A stretch of DNA of 64,000 nt from Promethearchaeota archaeon (GTDB lineage Archaea; Asgardarchaeota; Lokiarchaeia; Sigyniarchaeales; SOKP01): NCBI GenBank assembly GCA_016839705.1, contig JAEOTR010000006.1, forward strand, positions 36,890 to 100,889. Reading direction: 5' to 3'. How positions within the stretch are numbered: the first letter of the stretch is position 1; each line of letters starts with the position of its first letter. The notes beneath the pieces were generated by a model, which was not told the origin of the DNA, did not search any database, and saw only the letters and a program-made list of their open reading frames with translations. Of this stretch, positions 19,056-29,021 are shown one piece after another. The position numbers and the translations under genes are program-made.

Positions 19056-20282
19056 TTAGAAGAAATACACCCTCCTTGTATCTCCTCTTTCTAAAACGGA
19101 TTCTAGCTCTTCTATTTCAATATAGCCATCAGCAAGGAAAATTGTACTCATAGCTTCCGATCCAGTTTTTATCGGAAAAATTTTCTTATTCCCATTTTCT
19201 TCTTTAATCTTGACCGCTTTGAATTCATGTCGTCCAACAGTGCTATATATTCTTTCTCCTAGTTCAAATTTTTTCGAAAATCTGTCTTTCAATGGATAAC
19301 CTGAAAGCCTTCTCAGAAAATTATCAATAAAGACATAAAAACAGCTTAAAGCGGAAGTTGGATAACCTGGTAAAATAAATATTATTTTTTTCTTTAATTT
19401 TGTGAAGATAATTGGCTTTCCTGGTTTTATTTTTACACCGTGAACCATTATTTCTATGTCATCATATTTTCCTAAGACTTGGGGGCCTAAATCTCCTTCA
19501 CCTTTAGATGTTCCCCCGGATAAAATTACTATATCACTTATTTCTAAGGCTTTATCTAAAGCACTTTTTAATTCTTCATAATCATCATTAATGATCCCTA
19601 AATAGTTGACTAAAACTCCTGTATTTTCAATAGCCCTTTTTAATACCACAGAATTTACATCGTATATCTTGCCAATTTCTAAATTTTTAACATCTTGACT
19701 TACAATTTCATTACCTGTGCTTAGAAGGGAAACTTTGGGTTGTTTAAATACCCACACTTCTTTACTTCCTGCTGAAGCTAGTATTCCCATTGTTGCTAAA
19801 TCAACTAAAGACTCTTTTTTGACTATTATGCTTTTCTCCTTTATATCATGACCGATTTCTATAATGTAAGTTCCGGGAGTCACCGCCTTAGAAATCAAAA
19901 TGCTGTTTCCCTCTTTTTCTGTAAATTCAACCATCACAACACTGTTAGCATTTTCGGGTATAGCAGCCCCAGTTGCGACATATGAACACTGACCTTTAAT
20001 CAAGCTTTTTTGAGGTATATCCCCTGCTTGAATTACTTCTATTAGTTCCAACTCAATAAAATTATCTTCTTCTGCCCCGAAAGTATTTTCTGCGATGCAA
20101 GCATACCCATCCATGCGAGATTTTCGAAAGTGAGGGACATTAATTTCACTAATTACATCTCTTGAAATTATTCGATTAAAGCTTTCTTCAATATCGACTT
20201 TTTCTTCTTCATTTCTTAAAATCGGGACCGATTCGAGGATTTCTTTAAATTCTTTTACTTTAATAGTTTTTAGAAATTTCAT
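19056..20282 (-). CDS. moeA: molybdopterin molybdenum/tungsten transferase MoeA (paralogue 1)
   Basis: 408-aa ORF. SRMDGYA, LSGGTSKGEGD, LPGYPTSA. Confidence 0.9.
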   Translation of the reverse strand: MKFLKTIKVKEFKEILESVPILRNEEEKVDIEESFNRIISRDVISEINVPHFRKSRMDGYACIAENTFGAEEDNFIELELIEVIQAGDIPQKSLIKGQCSYVATGAAIPENANSVVMVEFTEKEGNSILISKAVTPGTYIIEIGHDIKEKSIIVKKESLVDLATMGILASAGSKEVWVFKQPKVSLLSTGNEIVSQDVKNLEIGKIYDVNSVVLKRAIENTGVLVNYLGIINDDYEELKSALDKALEISDIVILSGGTSKGEGDLGPQVLGKYDDIEIMVHGVKIKPGKPIIFTKLKKKIIFILPGYPTSALSCFYVFIDNFLRRLSGYPLKDRFSKKFELGERIYSTVGRHEFKAVKIKEENGNKKIFPIKTGSEAMSTIFLADGYIEIEELESVLERGDTRRVYFF

Positions 20283-20308
20283 TTAATTACCTTTGTATTG
20301 ATACAATT

Positions 20309-20758
20309 TTAATGAATCCAATCAGAAGAACCATCTTTATAATTTTCTTTTTTCCACACAGCGATCTCTTTTTTATACATGTCAACAGCCCTACTAATTA
20401 CTTCAAATCCTTCCTTCCTATGTGCTGAAGTCACAACGACATAAACTAAATCCTCAGAAAGCTCAAATTCTCCTTTTAAATGAATGATTTTAATATCAAT
20501 AATTCCCTTTACTTGTTTCAATTTAGAACAAATTTTACTGATGCTTTCATTTGCTAGATCATCATAAGCATCGATTTTCATACTAATAACAGGTTTTCCC
20601 GTTTGAGAACTACGCCTTACAATCCCCGTAAAAGTATGAATTGATCCTGCTTCCTCGATTTTGGGATCTTTTTTTATTGATTGAATAATACTCGTAAGAT
20701 CAATCTCTCCCTTACTATAGATACCTGATTTAATTTCGGTTTTATTTTGAGTATTCAC
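20309..20758 (-). CDS. moaE: molybdopterin synthase catalytic subunit MoaE
   Basis: 149-aa ORF directly after moaD. MoaE-like FTGIVR and C-terminal WKKE motifs. Confidence 0.8.
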   Translation of the reverse strand: MNTQNKTEIKSGIYSKGEIDLTSIIQSIKKDPKIEEAGSIHTFTGIVRRSSQTGKPVISMKIDAYDDLANESISKICSKLKQVKGIIDIKIIHLKGEFELSEDLVYVVVTSAHRKEGFEVISRAVDMYKKEIAVWKKENYKDGSSDWIH

Positions 20759-20764
20759 TTTGCC

Positions 20765-21049
20765 CTACCCTCCTGATACAGGTGTTAAAAAAGCAATTAC
20801 GTCTCTATCATGTATTTGAGCTAGTAATGGATCTTCATGAAGGAGTGCTTGATTATTTATTATTATTGAGATTAAACTGCTTACGTTTTGAGTATTTTCA
20901 TCCCATAGTAAATTTCGAAGGGGCATCTTATATTTAGTTAATAATAATTCGATCAAATTCTTTAATTGATTATTTGATAATTCAAATTCTTCTTTCTCTT
21001 TTCCGGTTATATCTTTAAACTCAGCAAAATAGAGAACTTCTACAATCAT
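20765..21049 (-). CDS. moaD: MoaD/ThiS-family sulfur carrier (beta-grasp, C-terminal GG)
   Basis: 94-aa ORF ending TPVSGG, between moaA and moaE. Confidence 0.8.
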   Translation of the reverse strand: MIVEVLYFAEFKDITGKEKEEFELSNNQLKNLIELLLTKYKMPLRNLLWDENTQNVSSLISIIINNQALLHEDPLLAQIHDRDVIAFLTPVSGG

Positions 21050-21074
21050 TTATTCAACCCAAATTCAATAATCT

Positions 21075-21992
21075 TTAATAATAGGGTTCTCGTGAATCTA
21101 CAACTTGTTTAACAATTTGTTCGTATTTAGATAGTGAATGATGATTTCGAAGAGCTTCTTTAATATTCTTTCCAAGATCAGATCTATATAAACATCCAAA
21201 AAGATTCCCGTCACATCCAACACGTAATTTAGTACACCCCATACAAAATTCATGACTAGGTGTGATTGTTTCGACTACCGCTGAATTAGGCAACCTGATA
21301 ACTTTACGATTTTGCATTGATCCTCTTACTTTCACTTCTTCTGCTCTTGCTTCAAGCATTTCTATAATAGGTTTCACATCTAAGTGATACTTCTCATAAA
21401 AATTCCCATTTCCTCCAATTGCATCAGAAACTTTGTGTAGTTCGATTAATTGCATAATAAAGTCATTTTTTGCACAATATTCAATCATATCTTCCAATTC
21501 ATTATCATTTAAACCTTTCATCAATACAAAGTTTAATTTTATGGGATTAAATCCAACTTCTTTTGCCTTCTGTAGACCTCTCAATACTTCTTCTAGGGTG
21601 TCTGAACCATATATTTTCTTATACACATTTGGTTTAAGACTAGCTAAAGAAACATTAATTCGATTTAAACCAGCATTAAACAATTCTTCTGCCTTTTTAA
21701 ATAGAAGAAGTCCATTTGTAGTAATGGAGATATCTTTGTAGAGTTGTAGATCAGAGACATTTTTAATTATTTGAATTATTTCTTCCCGACATAATGGTTC
21801 GCCACCAGTAAATTTGATTCTTGTGACATCTAAAATTTCCGCTAGAATTTTACATAATCTTGTTATTTCCTCTACAGAAAGCTCATTCGTCCGACTATAT
21901 CCCTCCCTATCGCAATATAGGCATGAATATTGACACTTTGAAGTAATTGAAAACCTAATATGCTTAATTTTTCTGTTGTAATTATCTATCAT
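21075..21992 (-). CDS. moaA: GTP 3',8-cyclase MoaA (radical SAM)
   Basis: 305-aa ORF. CQYSCLYC (CxxxCxxC) cluster, FTGGEPL, C-terminal Cys cluster CMGCTKLRVGCDG. Confidence 0.9.
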   Translation of the reverse strand: MIDNYNRKIKHIRFSITSKCQYSCLYCDREGYSRTNELSVEEITRLCKILAEILDVTRIKFTGGEPLCREEIIQIIKNVSDLQLYKDISITTNGLLLFKKAEELFNAGLNRINVSLASLKPNVYKKIYGSDTLEEVLRGLQKAKEVGFNPIKLNFVLMKGLNDNELEDMIEYCAKNDFIMQLIELHKVSDAIGGNGNFYEKYHLDVKPIIEMLEARAEEVKVRGSMQNRKVIRLPNSAVVETITPSHEFCMGCTKLRVGCDGNLFGCLYRSDLGKNIKEALRNHHSLSKYEQIVKQVVDSREPYY

Positions 21993-22003
21993 TTAACTTT
22001 GCA

Positions 22004-22432
22004 TTATTTCTTTATTTTTTCTTCAACTTTAATATCGTAGATTATTGTAGAAGGATATTGACCGTTTTCATCTTTCTCATACATCTTTAAAACGTCCCAA
22101 ATATTTAAGAGTGCAATGCTAACACCTGTAAGAGCCTCCATCTCGACTCCTGTTTGCGCAACACTTTTAACCGTGCATGATACGTTTATAATAGTGTTTT
22201 TTTCAATATTAAAATCTACATTAATACTGCTTATAGGGATTGAGTGGCAAAAAGGAATCAAATCAGGTACTTTTTTAACTGCATTAATAGCCGCTATTTT
22301 AGCGATAGTTAAAACATCCCCTTTCTCTAGGGTTTTATTTTTAATTTTCTCGATTGTAGCCTTCGTTAGCTTTATTTTTCCAGATGCCTTTGCAATCCTT
22401 GTAACTGAATCTTTATTTGAAATATCAATCAT
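22004..22432 (-). CDS. moaC: cyclic pyranopterin monophosphate synthase MoaC
   Basis: 142-aa ORF. KGDVLTIAKIAAI, IPFCHSIP, TGVEMEALTGVS. Confidence 0.9.
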   Translation of the reverse strand: MIDISNKDSVTRIAKASGKIKLTKATIEKIKNKTLEKGDVLTIAKIAAINAVKKVPDLIPFCHSIPISSINVDFNIEKNTIINVSCTVKSVAQTGVEMEALTGVSIALLNIWDVLKMYEKDENGQYPSTIIYDIKVEEKIKK

Positions 22433-22489
22433 TTATCGAAATATCCATTTATACATAACGAAAAACTTTGTGTTTTAAAAGGTTTTTTT

Positions 22490-23581
22490 TTATAAAATCT
22501 TGACATCTGTTGCTTTAAAATTGATAAAGACTTCAGATCCTATTTCTAAACCCAATTTTTCTTTTGAGAGTTCTGTAATTGTAATTAAAAACTTCTCGGA
22601 GCCACTAATAATAATTAAATGACAAATATTCCCAAGATCACGAATATTTTCGATTTTACCTTTAAAGGTGTTCCGATAACTTGTATTTTTTGGAGGTTCT
22701 TTAACGATTCCAATACTTTCTGGTCGTATACATACTTTTACTTCCCCTTCTTGTTGATCAGAGGCTGTTATGATTATATCACCCACCTGAATCTGAGATA
22801 AACCAGTGTTATTATCTAATTCTGCAATACCATATAAAATATTTTCATATCCAACAAAAAGAGCTGTAAATTCATCCTTTGGAGCAATAAATATTTCATT
22901 CGGGCTTCCGATTTGGGTTATTTGTCCATTGTTGAGTACTGCGATGCGATCTGCATATTTTATTGCTTCAAGTGGATCGTGAGTACTCATGATAATAGTT
23001 TTTTCTTTATCTTGCTTTATCTTCATTATAAAATCGTCTAATAATTTAACATTCATCGAATCAAGATTAGCTGATACTTCATCTAATAAATAAATTTCAG
23101 GATTAATAATAAAATTCATTGCTATCGCAACGCGTTGCATTTCACCCCCAGATAAAGATCGTGCATTTTTATTCTCCATACCGTTGAATCCTATAAAAGT
23201 AATAAGTTCTTGTACCGATTTTTTATACTCATCAAGCTTAATACCACGCACCTTTAAACCATACGCGATATTATTAAATAAAGTTGTATTCCGTACTACA
23301 GGTTTTTGTCTGACAAATGAGAATTTTCTCCGATAATTGGTCAGTTCTTTTCCTGAAATTTTTGTTATATCTTTTCCATCATAAAATATTTGTCCTTGTG
23401 TAGCTGAATCTAGTAAACCTATTATTCTTAATAACGTAGTTTTACCGCTTCCATTTGGGCCAATAATAACAAAGCACTCCCCTTTTTCAACTGTAAAATT
23501 GATATTGGAGAGGATACTAATTACTGATTTATCTCCTTTATAAAAATTTTTACTAAGATCTTTTACATCAAGTAGTTTCAT
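22490..23581 (-). CDS. tupC: tungstate/molybdate ABC transporter ATP-binding protein with C-terminal TOBE-like domain
   Basis: 363-aa ORF. Walker A GPNGSGKTT, signature LSGGEMQR, Walker B IYLLDEVS. Its start lies 1 nt after the permease stop. Confidence 0.8.
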   Translation of the reverse strand: MKLLDVKDLSKNFYKGDKSVISILSNINFTVEKGECFVIIGPNGSGKTTLLRIIGLLDSATQGQIFYDGKDITKISGKELTNYRRKFSFVRQKPVVRNTTLFNNIAYGLKVRGIKLDEYKKSVQELITFIGFNGMENKNARSLSGGEMQRVAIAMNFIINPEIYLLDEVSANLDSMNVKLLDDFIMKIKQDKEKTIIMSTHDPLEAIKYADRIAVLNNGQITQIGSPNEIFIAPKDEFTALFVGYENILYGIAELDNNTGLSQIQVGDIIITASDQQEGEVKVCIRPESIGIVKEPPKNTSYRNTFKGKIENIRDLGNICHLIIISGSEKFLITITELSKEKLGLEIGSEVFINFKATDVKIL

Positions 23582-23582
23582 A

Positions 23583-24278
23583 CTAATCAGCTCGAGTTTG
23601 TAGACGAGTCATTCCATAATTCACAATAAAAGCAGTTAAGATAAGGATTACACCCAAAGCGATTGCCATTCCAAATTCTCCCATACGCGTTTGAAGTACA
23701 ATGGAAGTAGTAAAGGTCCTTGTTTCCCAACGTATATTACCTCCTACAATCATTACAGCACCCACCTCTGAAATTGCTTGACCAAAAGCGACAAGAAATC
23801 CAGCAATTATGGATTTTTTTGAATGTTTTATTAGTTCCCACCATAGTTGTCGTTCATTAGCGCCTAAGGAAAGAACAGTTTCCTTTAAAGAAGGATCGAT
23901 ACTTTCAATAGCTGCCTTTGCGGTCCCCATTATAATAGGAACAGCTAAAAGAAATTGAGCTACTATCATGGCTGTTGTTGAATAAAGTAGTCCTAAAACA
24001 CCAAATGGACCATTACGAGAAAGTAGTAGATAAACAATCAATCCCATTACCACAGGGGGAAATCCCATAAACGTATTAATCAAATTTGATAATTCTTTCT
24101 TTCCCTTGAATTTTCTCAAGCCTATATATGATCCAATTGGCAATGCAACTAAAGCAGCCAGAAACGTTGATGTTAATGAGACTCGAAATGAGACTTCAAT
24201 AATACCCCAAACTTCTGGATCAAACATGAAGATTAAACGAATAGCTTCTAATATTCCCTCTATAATTTCATTTGCCAT
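23583..24278 (-). CDS. tupB: tungstate ABC transporter permease
   Basis: 231-aa polytopic protein with an ABC-permease EAA-like region (ESIDPSLKETVLSLGA), between the binding-protein and ATPase genes. Confidence 0.75.
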   Translation of the reverse strand: MANEIIEGILEAIRLIFMFDPEVWGIIEVSFRVSLTSTFLAALVALPIGSYIGLRKFKGKKELSNLINTFMGFPPVVMGLIVYLLLSRNGPFGVLGLLYSTTAMIVAQFLLAVPIIMGTAKAAIESIDPSLKETVLSLGANERQLWWELIKHSKKSIIAGFLVAFGQAISEVGAVMIVGGNIRWETRTFTTSIVLQTRMGEFGMAIALGVILILTAFIVNYGMTRLQTRAD

Positions 24279-24322
24279 AATTCCGACTTATATTAAAAAA
24301 ATTGATATTTGTTATATTTTTT

Positions 24323-25357
24323 TTAGATTGTTAAACTTACAAATTCGGCTTGAAATGGAGTCCATATCGCAGTCTCATTATTAGTTGTAGTACAACTTGT
24401 TGTACTATTGCACAGTCCAAAACTTGAATGGAATAAAACAGCATTATTTTTTGTGTATGCATTAATTAAGGTCTGACCGTAAGGAGATGTAAGAAAGCCA
24501 ACAAATCTACATGCAGAAAGGAATTTCACATGTGGATGCAAAACAGGATTAACAGGAATAGCGCCATATGGATTTAGCAGGAAATCTTCACCAACTACAG
24601 ACGCTGCAAGAATATTCAAAGATGTATAAGTATCATTAAATGACAACCATGTACCTCGATCTACAATCGTATATCCCTCATGAGTTGCATCATCATCTTC
24701 CCAAGTCATTAATAATGTTGAAGCCATACCTTGCCCCGTTTCCGTATATTTATCTGGTTGTCCCGCCCATTTTGTTGCAGCAATAACACCAATCTCTCCC
24801 CACAACTCTTTTTCTTTTGAATGAGTGCCCGAATTGTCACCTCTTGAATAAAAAGTCATATTCCCTGTGTCAATTGCATCTCGTAATTTCGTCATTACAG
24901 TTGTTATATTATCATCTGGTAGCAAATTAGCTGGATTAGACGAATGTCCAACGATTATAAAGTCATTGTACATTACACAAGCGCGATGTATTCCATAGGA
25001 AATACCATCAACACCAAGACTAGAATTAACAAAATCATCTTCTCTCGATCTTGAATGAACTAGAATTACGTCAGCATTTCCATCTTTCCCATACTGTATT
25101 GCAGTCCCAGTTCCAACTGATAACACTTTTATTTGAATTCCCGTCTGTTCAGTAAATTTTGGAAGTAAATAGTCTAATAATCCTGAATCATATGTGGAAG
25201 TAGTAGTGGCTAATGTTATTTTTTCTGGATTTTGGGCATTCAAATAATCTATTGCAAAATATGCTCCAATAGAACCACCTGCAATAATCACTATAGCTAA
25301 TATTACAGCTGTTTTATGTTCAAGTATTCTTCCTTTTAAAGTTTTTCTTGAAGACAT
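24323..25357 (-). CDS. tupA: TupA-like tungstate-binding protein
   Basis: 344-aa ORF. N-terminal membrane anchor. LATTTSTYDSGLLDYLLP...VGTGTAI...GNADVILVHSR, the pattern characteristic of COG2998/TupA binding proteins. Confidence 0.7.
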   Translation of the reverse strand: MSSRKTLKGRILEHKTAVILAIVIIAGGSIGAYFAIDYLNAQNPEKITLATTTSTYDSGLLDYLLPKFTEQTGIQIKVLSVGTGTAIQYGKDGNADVILVHSRSREDDFVNSSLGVDGISYGIHRACVMYNDFIIVGHSSNPANLLPDDNITTVMTKLRDAIDTGNMTFYSRGDNSGTHSKEKELWGEIGVIAATKWAGQPDKYTETGQGMASTLLMTWEDDDATHEGYTIVDRGTWLSFNDTYTSLNILAASVVGEDFLLNPYGAIPVNPVLHPHVKFLSACRFVGFLTSPYGQTLINAYTKNNAVLFHSSFGLCNSTTSCTTTNNETAIWTPFQAEFVSLTI

Positions 25358-25560
25358 CTTATTTTTTCAGATTTTTTTTGTTTGATAAAACGATAGGTAT
25401 CACCGTCTTTGTAGCTATGACCATTATGTACAATCATACATATCGTCTGTTAAATGCTTAAATCACAAATTATTTATAAATTTACCTAGAAAAAATAATA
25501 AAAAAGAGGAGTTAGAAATGAATAATTCTTTACATATTCAAAATTCCATTTTACTTACAG

Positions 25561-26364
25561 CTAATCAGTTTTTTCTTTAAGTGGTGTGAGGTCAGACGCA
25601 TCCTTTAAAAAAAGTATAGCATGAGACATCAATAGAATATTGAGTACATATGTAATATCAATCAAGAAATATATATCAATCTGAAATCGTCCATACCTTG
25701 CATTCCCAATTAACAAATCGGAGAACACAAAGATCGCTGAGGCCAAAACAATCATTACGCGAAATATTATTGATCTTTGGGTATAACCCAATCCAAACCA
25801 AGAGATACATGCCATAGATCCAATAGCAGCTACATACGGGATTACTATTAGAGACTCTGTGTCACTCCAAACAAATACAATAAAGGCCACTGGAATAAAT
25901 ATAGCCCAAAATATTACAGATGTTATGAAAACACGACGAAGTTTTGGATGACTTAGTGGAACTCGTGGACCAATCGAAAAAATTCCTGAGAAAGCAATAA
26001 TTAAGGAAAACTGCATTAACAAATACACAATAACTCCGATGATAAAATCATAATGAATGGTAATAGTAGCGATAAGTCCAACGATCATTGAGATTACAAT
26101 CCAATTTAGAAAGCGTTGTGGTTTTAGTTGATAAGTATCTACGGGATTAGTGCTGTTTATAATATCCTCAAACTTTTTAGTATCAATCGAGTAAAATCTA
26201 ATAATTAAAGTAGATAATGTTATAATGATGCTAGCAAGCCATGCAATGAAAACAATCTTTGATCCTTGAATTTGATTAATAAGTTCTGATATTATTATTG
26301 TTATAAAACCTGCTATCCCCAGTATAGAAGGTAAAATAGTATATTTTGATAGTTTTAGATTCAT
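25561..26364 (-). CDS. polytopic membrane protein (possibly YhhN/lysoplasmalogenase-like)
   Basis: 267-aa ORF with about 8 hydrophobic segments. The C-terminal FVFSDLLIGNARYGRF resembles the YhhN SD..L...RF motif. The other family motifs are not clear. Confidence 0.35.
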   Translation of the reverse strand: MNLKLSKYTILPSILGIAGFITIIISELINQIQGSKIVFIAWLASIIITLSTLIIRFYSIDTKKFEDIINSTNPVDTYQLKPQRFLNWIVISMIVGLIATITIHYDFIIGVIVYLLMQFSLIIAFSGIFSIGPRVPLSHPKLRRVFITSVIFWAIFIPVAFIVFVWSDTESLIVIPYVAAIGSMACISWFGLGYTQRSIIFRVMIVLASAIFVFSDLLIGNARYGRFQIDIYFLIDITYVLNILLMSHAILFLKDASDLTPLKEKTD

Positions 26365-26489
26365 TTTTCCATCATCTTTGACTTATAAATTTAACATATT
26401 CTAAATGCTAATTAAATAAAAAGGTTATGAAAAGATTTTCATTCCCTTGATGGGATAAAGAATGCTAATAAAATAATATAATTATGGTT

Positions 26490-27305
26490 CTATTTTGTAG
26501 CTTTTAAAGTGAATAAAAGAGGAATTTCTGCTTTTTGGTTTTTTAAATGACAATAACCATCGGGTCCTTTTTCTGCAAACGGGAATTGCTTCCAGACAGT
26601 GAACGGATATTCATTTAGAAATTCAATTCTCAAACCCGCTTCAATAAGTGAATTAATGATATCTGACATGCTATGAGCCCATTCATATTCTTTTTTTGGT
26701 TCAATTTTAACATCTGAACCATATGATCCATCAGCAGTAAATTCCATCGGTTCTGGATGATAGAAGTAATTGTAATAAACCTGAAGGTCTTTGATATCTT
26801 CAGTTTCATTGTCAAAAACCATTGAAAATGGATGAATTTCAGCAATGTAAAAGAATCCACCTGGTTTTAGGAAATGAGTAATGATTTTTCCCCATTCTTT
26901 TAGATCGTATAGCCAACAGAGTACTCCGATTGAAGTATATACAATATCAAATTTTTCAGTTAGAACCTTAGGCAAATCATAGAGATTTGATTCAATGAAA
27001 TTAGCTTTAAGTTTCGCTTGCTTAGCAAGTAGTTTTGCTAATCGAACTCCCTCACTGGATATGTCAGTTCCTGTAACTGTTGCTCCTTCTCTTGCCCAAG
27101 AAAGTGTATCAAGACCAAAATGACATTGGAGATGTAATAATGATTTACCTCTCACATTTCCCATTTCTTTTAATTCATAGGATTTCAGGGTATTTTGCCC
27201 TTCTAAAAATGCTTTAACGCTATATTCTTCACTTTCTGCTTCATAATGTAACCTAGCAAACGCATCCCAGAGTTCTTTGTTTGCATCAAAATATTTTTTA
27301 TTCAA
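26490..27305 (-). CDS. class I SAM-dependent methyltransferase
   Basis: 271-aa ORF. SAM-binding LLHLQCHFGLDTLSWAREGATVTGTDIS and LKPGGFFYI. Confidence 0.8.
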   Translation of the reverse strand: MNKKYFDANKELWDAFARLHYEAESEEYSVKAFLEGQNTLKSYELKEMGNVRGKSLLHLQCHFGLDTLSWAREGATVTGTDISSEGVRLAKLLAKQAKLKANFIESNLYDLPKVLTEKFDIVYTSIGVLCWLYDLKEWGKIITHFLKPGGFFYIAEIHPFSMVFDNETEDIKDLQVYYNYFYHPEPMEFTADGSYGSDVKIEPKKEYEWAHSMSDIINSLIEAGLRIEFLNEYPFTVWKQFPFAEKGPDGYCHLKNQKAEIPLLFTLKATK

Positions 27306-27339
27306 ATAATATCACTCTCTCCTCTTCATTAAAAATAAT

Positions 27340-28149
27340 TCAAAACACTAAGTATTTAAATTTTTCATCAGATATTAACCATGCTTCTATGAAATCATCT
27401 CTAGCCCTTGTGTTCCAAATATTTTCAATATTCTGGATACCGTAACTTAGATCGATTAGTAATTCTCTATCAACAACATATTCCTCATGTGACGGATAAA
27501 TTTCAATGTTCCCTCTTTCTTGAAAAAGGTTTAACAATTTTAAGAGACTCGTTAGATGAGTAGTGAAATCTTCTTTTGAAACATATATAGCACCATAATG
27601 AGCAGTATCACCAGTAAAAAGCTCATTTCTATTTGTTAATAAAGAAATTGAGCCTGAAGAATGTCCTGGTGTATGAATAACTTTAACCGATAGTTCACCT
27701 AACTCTATAATTTCATTATCATCTATAGATTTAATATTTTTAACAGGTGGAATAGTAAAGTTATTGCTTTCAAATAGTTTAGCGATTTCTTTAGGAGAAT
27801 CTTTTAAGAAAGAAATATCCATTGGTTTGGAAATTGAATTTATTTCTTCATTGTGAATAAGAATTTCATCAAATTCATAATTTCCACCTACATGATCAAA
27901 ATGAGAGTGGGTATTAATTACCAATAGCGTTTTGTCTTGAATTAAATCATCTACGACTGGTTTAAGAGGGAATAATCCACATCCTGTATCAATCAATAGA
28001 GCAGAATGAGATCCAATAATTAAAAACAAATTATCGTAAGTAGTATAAAATCGAGGATCAATTTCATCAAGTCTTTCTCGTATCACATACAAGTACTCTT
28101 TATGTTTTATGATTTCAAACCAATTTCTATTCTCGCTATAATCCCCCAT
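27340..28149 (-). CDS. MBL-fold metallo-hydrolase
   Basis: 269-aa ORF. THSHFDHVGG (HxHxDH), HTPGHSSGS, TGD. Confidence 0.85.
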   Translation of the reverse strand: MGDYSENRNWFEIIKHKEYLYVIRERLDEIDPRFYTTYDNLFLIIGSHSALLIDTGCGLFPLKPVVDDLIQDKTLLVINTHSHFDHVGGNYEFDEILIHNEEINSISKPMDISFLKDSPKEIAKLFESNNFTIPPVKNIKSIDDNEIIELGELSVKVIHTPGHSSGSISLLTNRNELFTGDTAHYGAIYVSKEDFTTHLTSLLKLLNLFQERGNIEIYPSHEEYVVDRELLIDLSYGIQNIENIWNTRARDDFIEAWLISDEKFKYLVF

Positions 28150-28268
28150 AAATTAATTCATCTATCTGCGAGGTATATTTTGAATTTAGAAACAATATGT
28201 AAAAAGATTGATATAGAATTATTCTGTTATATTTATAAATATAAGCTTATTTCCTATAGTAGATTAGT

Positions 28269-29021
28269 ATGGCGACATGGGGTGCTCATTTTCGTATTGC
28301 AGAGAATATTCTGAAAGAATATCCTAATTTAAAAAGAAAGTATTTTGCCATAGGTAATATAGCCCCTGATGGCGGAGTTCCTAACGAAAATTGGACCTCC
28401 TTTACACCATCTAAGGATATAACTCACTTCATCATTGCAAAGGATGATTTTATGGTAATTAAACTAGATAAATTCATTCTAAATGATATTGAATTTTTTT
28501 CAAGATATTTGAAGGATATAAATTTAAGTTCTCTGGAAAGCTCTCAATCTTTTCTTCTTGGGTATTTTACTCATCTCATAACAGATAATTTATGGAATTA
28601 TTATATTATGAAACCATTAAAAGAAAAGCATTTGGAAGAGCTTCGAAGTGATCTAAATTTTATATGGAAGGTTAAATCAGATTGGTATGATTTGGACAAG
28701 ATATACTTGACAGAGAAAAAGGATTCTTTATTTTGGACAGACTTTCTAAAGACGGAATATGATGAACATTTCCTTGATTTTCTACCCAAAGAAGGGATTC
28801 TACATCAGATTAAACTCATTAAAAATTTTTACCAGATCTCTGAGGAGGAATATTCAAGAATTTCAAAGAGAGAGTATGTTTATCTAAAAAAGGAAGAAAT
28901 GGATAAATTCATTCAAGATTCTACTCAGGTGATATTACTTATACTTGAACAAGTTTTTAACAAGAATTTTAACCTTACAGGAAAAATATCATTTTTAGAT
29001 GATATTATCAACTGGAATTGA
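28269..29021 (+). CDS. zinc-dependent phospholipase C-like family protein (tentative)
   Basis: 250-aa ORF. N-terminal WGAHFRIAE, GNIAPD and THLITDNLWN, which resemble the His/Asp metal ligands of that family. Confidence 0.4.
   Translation: MATWGAHFRIAENILKEYPNLKRKYFAIGNIAPDGGVPNENWTSFTPSKDITHFIIAKDDFMVIKLDKFILNDIEFFSRYLKDINLSSLESSQSFLLGYFTHLITDNLWNYYIMKPLKEKHLEELRSDLNFIWKVKSDWYDLDKIYLTEKKDSLFWTDFLKTEYDEHFLDFLPKEGILHQIKLIKNFYQISEEEYSRISKREYVYLKKEEMDKFIQDSTQVILLILEQVFNKNFNLTGKISFLDDIINWN

Noticed and set aside
18581-19153. Long antisense ORFs inside real genes. Examples are 18581..19153, 45410..45844, 44593..44988, 16466..16801, 21433..21741 and 22116..22478, plus the other 60-130-aa shadow ORFs in the track.
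   Set aside because: They lie wholly opposite genes with strong family motifs. They have low-complexity Ser/Leu/Phe/Ile-rich translations and no motifs of their own. These are typical shadow ORFs.
25358-25560. The 5' region of tupA as a Moco/Wco riboswitch.
   Set aside because: That RNA motif is bacterial. I could not identify its conserved helices or loops here. The region is mostly AT-rich promoter-like sequence.
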